From contig JBFYPG010000006.1 in assembly GCA_041303415.1 (NCBI GenBank), forward strand, positions 29,688-93,687: a stretch of 64,000 nucleotides of DNA. The letters run 5' to 3'. The notes under the pieces were generated by a model that was given only the letters and a program-made list of their open reading frames with translations, made no database searches and had not been told where the DNA came from. Origin of the DNA: Bacteroidales bacterium. Lineage in GTDB: Bacteria; Bacteroidota; Bacteroidia; Bacteroidales; VadinHA17. Both the position numbers and the translations under genes were made by a program. Each line of letters begins with the position of its first letter. The first letter of the stretch is position 1. Below are positions 1 through 10,001 of the stretch, piece by piece.

Positions 1-1374
1 TTCAATTTCTTCCGATCCGGTAAACAGGCTGTCAAGCAGAATTCTGTTTTCATCAAGAAGAAAGACCTGTGGTTTTAATGCCACAGGAAAACTGTTGGTG
101 ATGTTCAGCTGAACAATCAGCTGCTCTATCTCTTCCGGAACAGGCAATGTAGTGCTCAGATAATCAAATGTAATAGTATCCAGAAGAACCAGAAACTCAG
201 CTTTACCGTACAGAGGCAGCTTAATTGAAGCCGCTATTCCCACTTCGGAATCATATCTGATGAAAGTGCTTTCCCCACCTGCCGGCGATACAATGGCTGC
301 CTCTGGCTCTATGTCTACATCAGTGGGATTTACTGACAGTGCATCAGTGAGATTCGAGTTGGATTTGTCAAGTACCAGGCTGTCCCTGACTGTTAGACCT
401 TCCTCACTCAGTGAGGGATATCTGATAATCCTTGGATCAGCGGTTGTCGGAACTCCACTTCCTGTTAATGAAATAATATTATTATCCCTGTCCGTTACAT
501 CAAACCTGCTGAACGAGACTCCTAAAGGAATACCGCAGGAATTATTTATATCCACTTTGATCTCGGGATCAGCAAAGTAACAATGTCCATCAATGAACTC
601 ACTGAAGATATCGGGGCTCAGGTGAACCGGATCTATGGTTATTGCAAGCCCGCTGAAATCACCGTATATTGTTTCAAAATTTACAGAGTTCATTTCAGTC
701 TGTAAACCGAACAGCACTGACCCGTCACTTACGGGGCCGGAAGGACTCTGAAGATGGATTGAAAGAAAGCATTTCAGAAAATGATCGCCTGAAGGATTTT
801 GTTCCGGAACAATTGAGTAACCCGCAATATCCATCGAAAAATCCGGATCTGCCAAATCACGTGTTATAGAAATGGGTGCGCCCTGAAGCTGAACACCTTG
901 AAAATTGAAAGAAATCGTTCCGTGAAGTCCTGACTGGGTTAAATCCACTTTCAGGTTCCCGGTCAGAATTCTGATGCTGTCAATTCGCGGAACTGACTGA
1001 TCCAGCGTGACAGGGACAATAATTGAATCATTAATGTCAATAGCGGTTCCTGCAACCGGAAGATCAATAACATTTCCTGTATTATTGTACACTGAAGCAA
1101 TAAAATTTACAGGCGAAACAGTTAGAAAATCGCCCATACTCCTTGTGAATACATCAGTAGAATAAAACAGAGTCAGGAATCCATCCGGCGAAATGCTAAG
1201 TTCCGATATTGATGAATCCTGAAGATACTTCTCTATCTCCAGATGCGAATATCCAACCGGAATAGCCACCCCTGGTGTCAGGTTTATTGAACCATCAAAT
1301 TTATCTTCGTGAAATTCTTCTTTTACACAGGATACTAAAAGAAGAACGGTAATCATAGAAAACGCTGACCGCAT
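1..1374 (-). CDS. hypothetical lipoprotein, partial (C-terminal part lies beyond the left edge)
   Basis: ATG at 1374-1372. The N-terminus MRSAFSMITVLLLVSCVKEE has a signal peptide plus lipobox (LVSC). I checked the minus frame triplet by triplet and it is stop-free down to base 1 (458 codons). It is absent from the ORF track because it has no stop in the window. Confidence 0.65.
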   Translation of the reverse strand, partial: MRSAFSMITVLLLVSCVKEEFHEDKFDGSINLTPGVAIPVGYSHLEIEKYLQDSSISELSISPDGFLTLFYSTDVFTRSMGDFLTVSPVNFIASVYNNTGNVIDLPVAGTAIDINDSIIVPVTLDQSVPRIDSIRILTGNLKVDLTQSGLHGTISFNFQGVQLQGAPISITRDLADPDFSMDIAGYSIVPEQNPSGDHFLKCFLSIHLQSPSGPVSDGSVLFGLQTEMNSVNFETIYGDFSGLAITIDPVHLSPDIFSEFIDGHCYFADPEIKVDINNSCGIPLGVSFSRFDVTDRDNNIISLTGSGVPTTADPRIIRYPSLSEEGLTVRDSLVLDKSNSNLTDALSVNPTDVDIEPEAAIVSPAGGESTFIRYDSEVGIAASIKLPLYGKAEFLVLLDTITFDYLSTTLPVPEEIEQLIVQLNITNSFPVALKPQVFLLDENRILLDSLFTGSEEIE

Positions 1375-1440
1375 CTGATATGTTTTGATAAAGATATATT
1401 TTTATAAACGTAAATCACAATTATTTAGTTTGTCGTAAAT

Positions 1441-1463
1441 TGAAAAGGCGCCTTTCAGCGCCT
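1441..1463 (-). terminator. putative rho-independent terminator downstream of tRNA-Arg
   Basis: Stem AGGCGC (1446-1451) / GCGCCT (1458-1463) with a 6-nt loop. On the minus strand it is followed by TTTTCA. Confidence 0.5.
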
Positions 1464-1468
1464 CTTCG

Positions 1469-1541
1469 TGATCCCGGAGAGATTCGAACTCTCAACCAAC
1501 AGAACCGGAATCTGTCATTCTATCCATTGAACTACGGGACC
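1469..1541 (-). tRNA. tRNA-Arg (anticodon CCG)
   Basis: Hand-folded 73-nt cloverleaf: acceptor GGTCCCG/CGGGATC, D stem GTTC/GAAT, anticodon stem ACAGA/TCTGT with loop TTCCGGT (anticodon CCG), T stem GAGAG/CTCTC with loop TTCGAAT, discriminator A. CCA is not encoded. Confidence 0.9.
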
Positions 1542-1619
1542 GTATGGCTGCAAATTTAACATCAAAAGCCCGCTTTTACAATATTTGCTAAAGATTTTCT
1601 AATTTCGCAGACCAAATAC

Positions 1620-1688
1620 AGGCGTCGGGCGTCGGGCGTCGGGCATCAGGAAAATAGCCTGTAGCCTGTCGCCCGTCGCCTGAAGCCT
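1620..1688. repeat. inverted arrays of GGCNNCR heptads forming a long imperfect GC hairpin
   Basis: The plus strand reads GGCGTCG x3 + GGCATCA GG (1621-1650). The 7-nt loop is AAAATAG. The opposite strand then carries GGCTTCA GGCGACG GGCGACA GGCTACA (1657-1687). The arms pair over about 33 positions, with mismatches (mostly T:T) recurring at about one per heptad. Confidence 0.85.
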
Positions 1689-1727
1689 TTAAATTTTGTA
1701 AATGAATTTTTGAATTAATAGAATCTA

Positions 1728-4397
1728 ATGGATTACAATTTTTCAGAGATCGGGAAAAAGTGGCAGCAATACTGGGAGAAAAACAAAACCTTCAGAACAC
1801 CTGAAGATCTTTCCAATCCCAAAAAATGCTATGTTCTCGATATGTTCCCCTACCCGTCAGGAGCCGGCCTCCATGTTGGTCATCCTGAGGGATATACGGC
1901 AACCGATATTTTCAGCAGGTACAAGCGGATGAAGGGATTCAGCGTCCTCCACCCTATGGGATGGGATGCATTCGGCCTGCCTGCCGAACAATACGCCATT
2001 CAGACCGGGACTCAGCCATCGGTCACAACAAAGAACAACTGTGACACTTTCAGAAGACAGATAAAGGAGCTCGGGCTCAGCTACGACTGGGACAGGGAGA
2101 TAAACACTACCGATCCGGAATACTTTAAATGGACCCAGTGGATCTTTATTCAGCTTTACAATACCTGGTTCGATGAAAAACTCCAGAAGGGAAGACCTGT
2201 TTCGGAACTGGTTATTCCTGATGACATTAAGAAGCTTGGGAAAAAAGCTGTTTCAGATTATACAGCCTCAAAAAGGCTTGCCTATTATGAAAATGCCCAG
2301 GTATGGTGGTGCCCTGATTGCAGGATTGTATGTGCCAATGAGGAGGTTCTCAATGACGGAACGCATGAAAAATGCGGGAACCGCGTGGAGAAGAAAAACC
2401 TGAAGCAATGGATGCTCCGCATCCCCCTCTATGCAGAACGGCTACTCTCGGGAATGGACAAACTAAACTGGCCGGAAGGAATAAAGGACATGCAGCGGAA
2501 CTGGATCGGAAGATCAACAGGAGCTGAAGTTGATTTCGCGGTTGAAGGCCTTGAGGAAAAAATCACGGTTTTCACAACCCGGCCCGATACGCTGTTCGGA
2601 GCAACCTACATGGTGATCGCACCTGAATATTACCTTATCGACAAGATTACCACTGACGATAACAGGGCGGCGGTTAAAGAATATGTCAGTGCCGCCTCCC
2701 TGAAATCGGATCTCGATCGCACCGACCTGGCCAAGGAAAAAACCGGCGTGTTTACCGGGAGGTATGCGATAAACCCGGTCAATCATAAGAAGATCCCTGT
2801 ATGGGTTGCTGACTATGTTTTAACGGGATACGGAACCGGGGCAATAATGGCAGTGCCTGCTCATGACACACGCGACTTTGAATTTGCAGGGAAATTCGGA
2901 CTGCCTGTTGTCTGCATCCAGGATCCTGATGTGGAAGATCCTGAACAGAAGAAACGGATAGTGGCGGGCAAAGAGTGCTGGACTGAAGACGGGAAATATA
3001 TTAACTCATCTGACAAGTCAACAGGAATCGACATCAACAGCCTTAACAAGGATGCAGGAATAGCGAAGATCATCAAATGGCTCGAATCCGGGGATATTGG
3101 AAAGGCCAGGGTAAACTATAAGGTTCGCGACTGGCTCTTCAGCAGGCAGAGATACTGGGGTGAACCGTTCCCTGTCATTCACTGGGAAGACGGGGAGATA
3201 AGCCTTCTTGATGAAAAAGAGCTCCCGCTGAGGCTTCCCGACATGGAAAAATACATGCCTGGCGAAACAGGCGAATCACCGCTGGCAAATGCCGGCGACT
3301 GGCTTTATGTGACCGACAGATCGGGCCGCAGGGGAAGGCGCGAAACCAATACTATGCCTCAATGGGCAGGCTCGTGCTGGTATTACCTTCGATTCATTGA
3401 TCCTCACAACAAACAGCAGATCTTTGATCCGGCTAAGGAAAAATTCTGGATGCCTGTTGATCTTTATATCGGAGGTGCAGAACATGCCGTGCTTCACCTT
3501 CTTTACAGCCGCTTCTGGCATAAAGTACTATTCGATCTTGGTATTGTATCTACAGATGAACCCTATACCCGCCTGTTCAACCAGGGAATGATACTTGCAT
3601 TCGCGTATGAGAACGAGGCCGGCGCGAAAGTTACTGCAGACATCGTGGAGGAAAAAGAGGGTAAATTCTACAATACCGAAACAGGAGCCGAAGTAAGACA
3701 GATAGTTGCAAAGATGTCGAAGTCGCTCAAAAACGTCATAAATCCTGATGATGTGGTTACCAGGTACGGGGCCGACTCACTGAGGCTTTATGAGATGTTC
3801 ATGGGGCCGCTCGATATAATGAAACCATGGGATGACAAAGGCGTAAAGGGAGTTTTCAATTTTCTCGGAAGGACATTCAGATTCTTTTCAGAACCTCAGA
3901 ATATTGCGGACGGCGATGAAGACCCTGAAGTATTAAAAGCTCTCCACCAGGCAATAAGGAAAGTTGAAGGCGATATTGAGAACCTGCGTTTCAACACCGC
4001 CATTTCCGCAATGATGATCTTCCTTAACCTGGTAATGAAAAGAGGAAAGGTCACAAAAAACACTGCATGCACATTTGTAAAAATACTTTCGCCTTTTGCA
4101 CCTCACCTTGGCGAAGAGCTCTGGAGCATGATGGGAAATGCAGAAACAATCGCATACGAGCCATGGCCGGAAGTGATGGAAGAGTATCTGAAGGAGAGCG
4201 TGTTCGAATATCCCGTATCATTCAACGGTAAGGTCCGGTTCAAAATTGCACTGCCCGTTGAAATGGATAAGGATGAAATAATCAAAAATGTAATGTCAGA
4301 CGAGAGAGCAAAAAAATGGCTCGATACCGGAACCTTAGCCAAAATTATCGTGGTGCCTGTCCGGATTGTGAACATTGTGATCAAACCCAAATCCTGA
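1728..4397 (+). CDS. leuS: leucine--tRNA ligase
   Basis: 889 aa. Class I HIGH motif (HVGHPEGY) and KMSKS (KMSKSLKN). Full-length similarity to LeuS. Confidence 0.97.
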   Translation: MDYNFSEIGKKWQQYWEKNKTFRTPEDLSNPKKCYVLDMFPYPSGAGLHVGHPEGYTATDIFSRYKRMKGFSVLHPMGWDAFGLPAEQYAIQTGTQPSVTTKNNCDTFRRQIKELGLSYDWDREINTTDPEYFKWTQWIFIQLYNTWFDEKLQKGRPVSELVIPDDIKKLGKKAVSDYTASKRLAYYENAQVWWCPDCRIVCANEEVLNDGTHEKCGNRVEKKNLKQWMLRIPLYAERLLSGMDKLNWPEGIKDMQRNWIGRSTGAEVDFAVEGLEEKITVFTTRPDTLFGATYMVIAPEYYLIDKITTDDNRAAVKEYVSAASLKSDLDRTDLAKEKTGVFTGRYAINPVNHKKIPVWVADYVLTGYGTGAIMAVPAHDTRDFEFAGKFGLPVVCIQDPDVEDPEQKKRIVAGKECWTEDGKYINSSDKSTGIDINSLNKDAGIAKIIKWLESGDIGKARVNYKVRDWLFSRQRYWGEPFPVIHWEDGEISLLDEKELPLRLPDMEKYMPGETGESPLANAGDWLYVTDRSGRRGRRETNTMPQWAGSCWYYLRFIDPHNKQQIFDPAKEKFWMPVDLYIGGAEHAVLHLLYSRFWHKVLFDLGIVSTDEPYTRLFNQGMILAFAYENEAGAKVTADIVEEKEGKFYNTETGAEVRQIVAKMSKSLKNVINPDDVVTRYGADSLRLYEMFMGPLDIMKPWDDKGVKGVFNFLGRTFRFFSEPQNIADGDEDPEVLKALHQAIRKVEGDIENLRFNTAISAMMIFLNLVMKRGKVTKNTACTFVKILSPFAPHLGEELWSMMGNAETIAYEPWPEVMEEYLKESVFEYPVSFNGKVRFKIALPVEMDKDEIIKNVMSDERAKKWLDTGTLAKIIVVPVRIVNIVIKPKS

Positions 4398-4404
4398 ATA
4401 TCCG

Positions 4405-5679
4405 ATGTTTTCAAGAATAAAGGCTCTTGTTCTGCTCCTGTCGCTTCTGTTTTCTGTTTCCTGCACTTACTTTGGAAGGGAGCAGTCCGGGCCGGTCAGC
4501 CAGGTTTCAGACTCCATACTACAGCAGGCAGTAAAAGCCCCGATTCTTATATTTGGTATTCCTTCCGACTCGTTTAACCTTGTCACCGGGCATATCAGGC
4601 CGAACGGATTCCTCTCCCACATCCTCCTGGAGCATGGCATTACTATGCAGGAAATTGACCAGCTTGTGAGAAACTCATCATCAGTATTCGACGTCAGATC
4701 CATCAGGGCAGGGAAACACTATACGCTTTTCTGTGATACCGATTCTGCCGCCCGGGCAAGATACCTGGTATATGAACACGATCCCGTAACATGCTACATT
4801 TTCAGCTTCAATGATTCGCTGAACATAACACCGTTCAAAAAAGAGATCAGCAGGCTGATAAAGTATGCCTCCGGGACAATAGAGACATCTCTCTGGGAAT
4901 CAATGATTGACGGGGGGATGCACCCCTTGCTTGTCGCAGATCTTTCTGAAATATTTGCATGGACGGTTGACTTTTTCGGTCTGCAGAAAGGCGACAGTTT
5001 TAAGGTCATATATGAAGAATTGTATATCGGGGAGGAATCACTTGGCCCCGGTAAAATATACTGCGCTGAATTTACATGGTCAGGAAAGACTATCCAGGCG
5101 ATTCCCTTCATACAGGACGGCAGCGAAAGCTTCTTCGATGCTGAAGGGAACAGTCTGAGAAAGGCATTCCTGAAAGCACCCCTGAAGTTTGCGAGGATCA
5201 CCTCCCGTTTTTCAGCAAGCAGGATGCATCCGATCCTCAGGATCCGTAGGCCTCATCACGGAGTTGACTACGCTGCACCCGTTGGTACACCTGTATATTC
5301 TGTGGGAGACGGGAAAGTTGTATCAGCCACTTCAGAAAACGGATCGGGAAAAATGGTAAGGATAGTTCATAACAGCGTTTATTCAACCGCGTATCTGCAT
5401 CTCAGCAGGTTCGGGCCGGGTATTGCGCCGGGTGCGTTTGTTAAACAAGGCGATGTAGTCGGTTTTGTAGGCAGCAGCGGCCTTTCTACCGGACCTCACC
5501 TCGATTTCAGGTTTTACATGAATGGCTCTGCAGTTGATCCACTTAAAGTCGAAGCTCCTTCGGTTGAGCCTGTCTCCGTCGAAAACAAACCGGCATTCGA
5601 AAAGAGCAGGACCGTTGTGACAAGTCTGCTGGAAACGATCAGGAAGGATTCCGTAAACCTAGTATCAGCTTCTCAATAA
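4405..5679 (+). CDS. M23 family metallopeptidase (peptidoglycan DD-endopeptidase-like)
   Basis: 424 aa. N-terminal signal/lipoprotein-like peptide (LLFSVSC). HxxxD motif in HHGVDYAAPVGTPV and a C-terminal GPHLDFRF motif typical of Bacteroidota M23 proteins. Confidence 0.85.
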   Translation: MFSRIKALVLLLSLLFSVSCTYFGREQSGPVSQVSDSILQQAVKAPILIFGIPSDSFNLVTGHIRPNGFLSHILLEHGITMQEIDQLVRNSSSVFDVRSIRAGKHYTLFCDTDSAARARYLVYEHDPVTCYIFSFNDSLNITPFKKEISRLIKYASGTIETSLWESMIDGGMHPLLVADLSEIFAWTVDFFGLQKGDSFKVIYEELYIGEESLGPGKIYCAEFTWSGKTIQAIPFIQDGSESFFDAEGNSLRKAFLKAPLKFARITSRFSASRMHPILRIRRPHHGVDYAAPVGTPVYSVGDGKVVSATSENGSGKMVRIVHNSVYSTAYLHLSRFGPGIAPGAFVKQGDVVGFVGSSGLSTGPHLDFRFYMNGSAVDPLKVEAPSVEPVSVENKPAFEKSRTVVTSLLETIRKDSVNLVSASQ

Positions 5680-6220
5680 CTTCAGGAAAGTGCTTATATT
5701 CCAGGGCATGCACCCGTGCGGCCAGGGTGTCGGCAGTGTCATCTTCTTCAACCCTGCATCTGGCCTGAAAGATGATGTCTCCCTCATCATACTGCCTGCT
5801 CACATAATGAATCGTTATCCCTGATTCTGCATCCCGGTTTTCCAGGACAGCCCTGTGTACTTTATCTCCATACATCCCTTTCCCTCCATAGCGTGGCAGC
5901 AGGGCAGGATGTATATTTATTATCCGTCCTTCATATTTCAACAAAATGCTTTCAGGAACCAGCCAGAGGAACCCTGCAAGCACTATGAAATCGATATTGT
6001 TTTCAGTAAGCATTCCGGGTACTTTCCCGGAAGTGTAAAAGTCATCATAGTCGAAAAAACAGCTTTTTACCTTAAGTGCTTCTGCCCTTTTTAATACGTA
6101 GGCTTCACGCCGGTTCGACAAAACCAGCTTAACCCTCGCGCTTTTTAGGTTCGAAAAATATTGAATGATGTTTTCGGCATTGGTGCCCGAACCGGAGGCA
6201 AAAATTGCTATGTTTCTCAT
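5639..6220 (-). CDS. purN: phosphoribosylglycinamide formyltransferase
   Basis: 193 aa. N-terminus IAIFASGSGTNAE, then GFLWLVP and NIHPALLP motifs of PurN. Confidence 0.9.
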   Translation of the reverse strand: MRNIAIFASGSGTNAENIIQYFSNLKSARVKLVLSNRREAYVLKRAEALKVKSCFFDYDDFYTSGKVPGMLTENNIDFIVLAGFLWLVPESILLKYEGRIINIHPALLPRYGGKGMYGDKVHRAVLENRDAESGITIHYVSRQYDEGDIIFQARCRVEEDDTADTLAARVHALEYKHFPEVIEKLILGLRNPS

Positions 6221-6400
6221 TTTATGATAGTTAGTGTCCCAGAGGATAAAAGGAAAAAACTTTTGATTAAAAGTTTATTATATTGTATATTGGCCCATTA
6301 ACATAACACTGAAATAAAAAACATAAAATCATTTGAATAATAAAGTACAAATATATTTCTTTGCAGGGTTTAAAATTATTAATAATTAAAATTTATCACT

Positions 6401-6637
6401 ATGTCTGACATTGCCGCAAAAGTTAAGGAAATTATAGTCGACAAGCTTGGAGTTGATGAATCAGAAGTCACCCCTGAAGCCAGTTTTACCAACGATCTGG
6501 GTGCGGATTCTCTTGACACAGTTGAGCTGATCATGGAATTTGAAAAAGAATTCAACATCGGAATTCCTGACGACCAGGCAGAAACTATCAGCACCGTTGG
6601 TGATGCTATCAAGTACATTGAGGAGAATGCAAAATAA
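6401..6637 (+). CDS. acpP: acyl carrier protein
   Basis: 78 aa with the phosphopantetheine attachment motif [16 protein letters not shown]. Confidence 0.95.
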   Translation: MSDIAAKVKEIIVDKLGVDESEVTPEASFTNDLGADSLDTVELIMEFEKEFNIGIPDDQAETISTVGDAIKYIEENAK

Positions 6638-6660
6638 CTTTGCATAGCTAAAACCCTTTT

Positions 6661-7908
6661 ATGAGACGAGTTGTAATTACCGGACTTGGAGCATTGACTC
6701 CTATTGGTAATAATTTGCATGAATACTGGGAGGGCCTGAGTAACGGTAAGAGCGGCGCGGGGATGATCACCCGCTTCGATACTGAAAAGTTCAAAACCAG
6801 GTTTGCCTGTGAAGTCAAGGGATACAACTCATCTGATTATTTCGACAGAAAAGAGGCCAATAAATTGGACCTCTATTCACAGTTTGCACATATCGCAGCA
6901 GAAGAAGCAATAAAAGATTCCGGAATTGAAACAGACAAAGCCGACAAGGACCGTATAGGGGTTATATGGTCATCAGGGATCGGAGGGCTGTTCACTTTCT
7001 ATGAAGCAATAAAAGGTTACGTCCTTGGAGACGGCACTCCCCGCTTCAGCCCCTTCTTCATACCCAAGATGATCGCAAATATCGCTTCCGGATCAATATC
7101 TATTAAATATGGATTCAGAGGACCAAATTTTGCCACGGTATCGGCATGTGCATCATCCACCCATTCACTTATCGATGCTGTGAATTATATCCGGCTGGAC
7201 AAAGCTGATATCTTTATTGCAGGAGGCTCTGAAGCCGGAATAAATGAACCGGGCATTGGGGGATTCAATGCCATGCAGGCTATGTCAACTAACAATGAAG
7301 AGTACATGTCTGCCTCCCGGCCGTTCGATCTCACCCGTGACGGATTTGTCATGGGCGAAGGCGCCGGAGCGCTGATCATAGAGGATCTTGAACACGCAAA
7401 AGCCCGGGGAGCAAAGATATATGCTGAACTTGCCGGTACGGGAATGACCGCTGACGCATATCATCTTACCGCGCCCCACCCCGAAGGAATGGGAGCATGC
7501 AATGTAATGCACCTGGCAATTCAGGATGCCGGACTGACTCCGGAAGATATAGATTACATCAACGTACACGGTACTGCAACCCCGCTTGGAGATATCTCTG
7601 AAGCAAAGGCCATCCTGACAGTTTTCGGGGAACATGCCTACAAGCTTAATGTGAGCGGTACCAAATCAATGACCGGACACTTGCTCGGCGCTGCAGGCGC
7701 AGTAGAAGCAATTGCATCCATCCTGGCAATTGCCAAAGGAATAATACCTCCTACCATAAATTTCAAGGTTCCCGACCCGCAGATCGACCAGAAACTGAAT
7801 ATCACTCCGAACCAGGCACAGAAAAGAGAAGTCAGAGCTGCCATAAGCAATACATTCGGATTCGGCGGGCACAACGCTTCAATCGTCATCAAAAAAGCTG
7901 AGATCTGA
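6661..7908 (+). CDS. fabF: beta-ketoacyl-ACP synthase II
   Basis: 415 aa. Active-site ACASS Cys, HGTATPLGD and GHLLGAAG motifs. Directly downstream of acpP. Confidence 0.95.
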   Translation: MRRVVITGLGALTPIGNNLHEYWEGLSNGKSGAGMITRFDTEKFKTRFACEVKGYNSSDYFDRKEANKLDLYSQFAHIAAEEAIKDSGIETDKADKDRIGVIWSSGIGGLFTFYEAIKGYVLGDGTPRFSPFFIPKMIANIASGSISIKYGFRGPNFATVSACASSTHSLIDAVNYIRLDKADIFIAGGSEAGINEPGIGGFNAMQAMSTNNEEYMSASRPFDLTRDGFVMGEGAGALIIEDLEHAKARGAKIYAELAGTGMTADAYHLTAPHPEGMGACNVMHLAIQDAGLTPEDIDYINVHGTATPLGDISEAKAILTVFGEHAYKLNVSGTKSMTGHLLGAAGAVEAIASILAIAKGIIPPTINFKVPDPQIDQKLNITPNQAQKREVRAAISNTFGFGGHNASIVIKKAEI

Positions 7909-7911
7909 TAC

Positions 7912-8649
7912 TTGCTCTCAATTAAATCAAATGGCACTTATTTGCTTGAGAAACGGGAATTCGGCTCCCGCCTCAGGAAGATCCTTGGCTTCAAACCGGG
8001 AAATCTCAGGCTCTACGAAATAGCCTTCATCCATCGTTCTGCTTCATTTACAATGCCCGACGGGAAAAGAGTAAACAACGAGAGACTGGAATACCTGGGA
8101 GATGCCATTCTCGATGCTATCCTTTCAGATTACCTCTTCGAAAAATTCCCTGAGGCATCTGAGGGGTTCATGACAAAGATACGGGCCAGGATAGTTAACA
8201 GGGAGGTACTTAACCAGCTATCCTTCTCAATGGGCATCAATAAGATAGTGATAACCAACATAAGCTCAAACCATCCCACAAGAAACCTGTACGGAGATGC
8301 TTTTGAAGCACTCATCGGGGCCGTATTCCTGGATAAGGGGTTCAAAAAAACAAAAAAGCTCTTCATTAAAAAAGTACTTAGAAAATATCTTGATCTCGAT
8401 GAGATCATAAGTACGGATACCGATTATAAAAGCCTCGTTTTTGAATGGGTGCAGAAGAAAAAGGCAAACCTCATCTTCACCTATAACGAGGAATATGATT
8501 TTGACCTGAAAAAATCAGTGTTTTCAACCACACTTTTCATAAACAGGGAAGAATTCGCCCGGGGCCAGGGCTCTTCAAAGAAAGAGGCCGAACAGGAAGC
8601 ATCAAGCCTTGCCTGGAAACGGATCAAAGATATTTCGGGCAATTCATAA
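7912..8649 (+). CDS. rnc: ribonuclease III
   Basis: 245 aa. RNase III signature ERLEYLGDAIL and a C-terminal dsRBD (GSSKKEAEQEAS). The track start is a TTG at 7912, 4 nt after the fabF stop. Confidence 0.9.
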   Translation: MLSIKSNGTYLLEKREFGSRLRKILGFKPGNLRLYEIAFIHRSASFTMPDGKRVNNERLEYLGDAILDAILSDYLFEKFPEASEGFMTKIRARIVNREVLNQLSFSMGINKIVITNISSNHPTRNLYGDAFEALIGAVFLDKGFKKTKKLFIKKVLRKYLDLDEIISTDTDYKSLVFEWVQKKKANLIFTYNEEYDFDLKKSVFSTTLFINREEFARGQGSSKKEAEQEASSLAWKRIKDISGNS

Positions 8650-8697
8650 GCATAGTCTCCTTATTTTGACTATCTTTATTGGTTAGGAAGTCCCGAC

Positions 8698-9138
8698 ATG
8701 AGGAGCAAGCCTAAAATCAGAAGGGTACAATTAAAGCTGAACCAGAGTGATGAATCTGTTATCCTGGGCATTGTATCTGCCGAACCTGACTATAAGCTTT
8801 CCCTGGCCATAAATATAACCCTGGGAATCTCACTCAAAAACAGCTCTCCCGTAACAATCAATGGTCTGCCAGGCGATGAAACCGGCTTCAGCAGATTCTC
8901 CGACTCTTCATCCTCTGAAAACCTTGTCTATGATTTGACATCAAACAGGTCCGGGAAAGACTGCCTTGTGGGCAAACTTAAGAATATTGATTATTTCCTC
9001 AGGATTCATGATCCTTATAATGAGGTGAATATCGATCAGTTTGTCGCAAAGCTCAGGGAAATGAATTGCGTAACTGCAGTATTCAATATTGATGCCGGTT
9101 CTGTAAAGAACAAAAATATAAATCACCTAATCCATTAG
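8698..9138 (+). CDS. hypothetical protein, IPExxxVDY-family-like
   Basis: 146 aa. GIVSAEPDYKLSLAIN near the N-terminus resembles the motif of the Bacteroidota IPExxxVDY family, which commonly follows rnc. Assigned from memory of the motif only. Confidence 0.5.
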   Translation: MRSKPKIRRVQLKLNQSDESVILGIVSAEPDYKLSLAINITLGISLKNSSPVTINGLPGDETGFSRFSDSSSSENLVYDLTSNRSGKDCLVGKLKNIDYFLRIHDPYNEVNIDQFVAKLREMNCVTAVFNIDAGSVKNKNINHLIH

Positions 9139-9141
9139 AAT

Positions 9142-9651
9142 ATGGAAAATATCTATTTCGATTTGGCGGAGGAGGAGTTTTCAAACAGCAGAAAGTTACT
9201 GCTGTGGGTCTTTACAGGATTGTTTTTTATCGGCGGAGTAGGCGTGCTCCTTGCAAGCCCGGTATTCGGACTGCATGAAATAAAGCCATCCCTTTCGCTG
9301 GCACCATTCGGCATCTTCCTGATAGTTGGTTTAATTTCATCCTTTGCCACGATCAAGAGAAAAGATCATTTTTTCAGCATCGATGAAGATAAAATTGAGT
9401 TCAGGTATGGTGTATTCAAGCCAAAGAAGCATTCATTTCAATGGGCCGATATTAAGGATCTTGTGATGCCTCACAAGGAAAAGAAAGTCCTTGTCAACTT
9501 CAGAAACGGATCTTCATTCGTAATCGACCTCACATGGCTCCAGAAGAAAAAGACGCATCTTATCAGGAAGCACATCTTCAATACAGCAAAATATAAGGAC
9601 ATGGAAGTAAAAAAGGTGATGCATCTTTCACAGCTGAAAAAAGCCAGGTAA
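9142..9651 (+). CDS. hypothetical membrane protein
   Basis: 169 aa. Two predicted TM helices (LLLWVFTGLFFIGGVGVLL, FGIFLIVGLISSF) followed by a basic soluble domain. No recognisable family. Confidence 0.55.
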   Translation: MENIYFDLAEEEFSNSRKLLLWVFTGLFFIGGVGVLLASPVFGLHEIKPSLSLAPFGIFLIVGLISSFATIKRKDHFFSIDEDKIEFRYGVFKPKKHSFQWADIKDLVMPHKEKKVLVNFRNGSSFVIDLTWLQKKKTHLIRKHIFNTAKYKDMEVKKVMHLSQLKKAR

Positions 9652-9691
9652 TGCTGTCCGGTTAAATCCGCTGCGCCAGTATAAAAGAGAA

Positions 9692-9723
9692 GAGGCTGAC
9701 TCAGAATGTCAGCCTCATTTTTT
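9692..9723 (+). terminator. rho-independent terminator
   Basis: Perfect 9-bp stem GAGGCTGAC / GTCAGCCTC (9692-9700 / 9708-9716), 7-nt loop, then ATTTTTTG. Confidence 0.7.
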
Positions 9724-9986
9724 GATAACCCTAAAACTAACCTAACCTATGAAAAAAAACCTCTGTATTATGTATTTCAAAATTCATGCCAAATCCTTTG
9801 CAAATATAAACATGTATGCTGTAATAAAAAAGCATTTCTTACTAAACACCTGAATATTAACACCATTTTAACTAAATGTTAAGGTTTTTAAACTTTACGG
9901 GGCACCCGGGAAATCTTCTACAACGCATTAAACAGCTGTGTTTGTTAAAGAAAGTTAAAGATTGAATTGTTAATTTCATATCGGAG

Positions 9987-9994
9987 TACTTTTG
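9987..9994 (+). promoter_or_regulatory. possible Bacteroidota -7 promoter box (TAnnTTTG)
   Basis: Exact TACTTTTG ends 8 nt upstream of the histidine-kinase ATG (10002). This is a motif match only. It would imply a nearly leaderless transcript. Confidence 0.3.
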
Positions 9995-10001
9995 TATCTG
10001 C

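Noticed and set aside
260-869. Plus-strand track ORFs 260..580 and 669..869.
   Set aside because: Both lie inside, and antisense to, a 458-codon stop-free minus-strand frame that begins with a convincing lipoprotein signal peptide at 1374. Their translations are low-complexity with no recognisable motifs.
1620-1688. Could the short-period repeat arrays (here and at 31574-31713, 35474-35550, 46116-46201, 50874-50953 and 55388-55495) be CRISPR arrays?
   Set aside because: The units are only 7-9 nt, directly contiguous with no spacers, and degenerate. No cas genes occur in the window. They are tandem or inverted micro-repeats, not CRISPR.
1542-1727. A T-box or other known riboswitch/leader upstream of leuS.
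   Set aside because: No T-box specifier or antiterminator features are recognisable (no conserved AGAGA / T-box 14-mer), and T-boxes are not expected in Bacteroidota. The region is instead occupied by the heptad hairpin.
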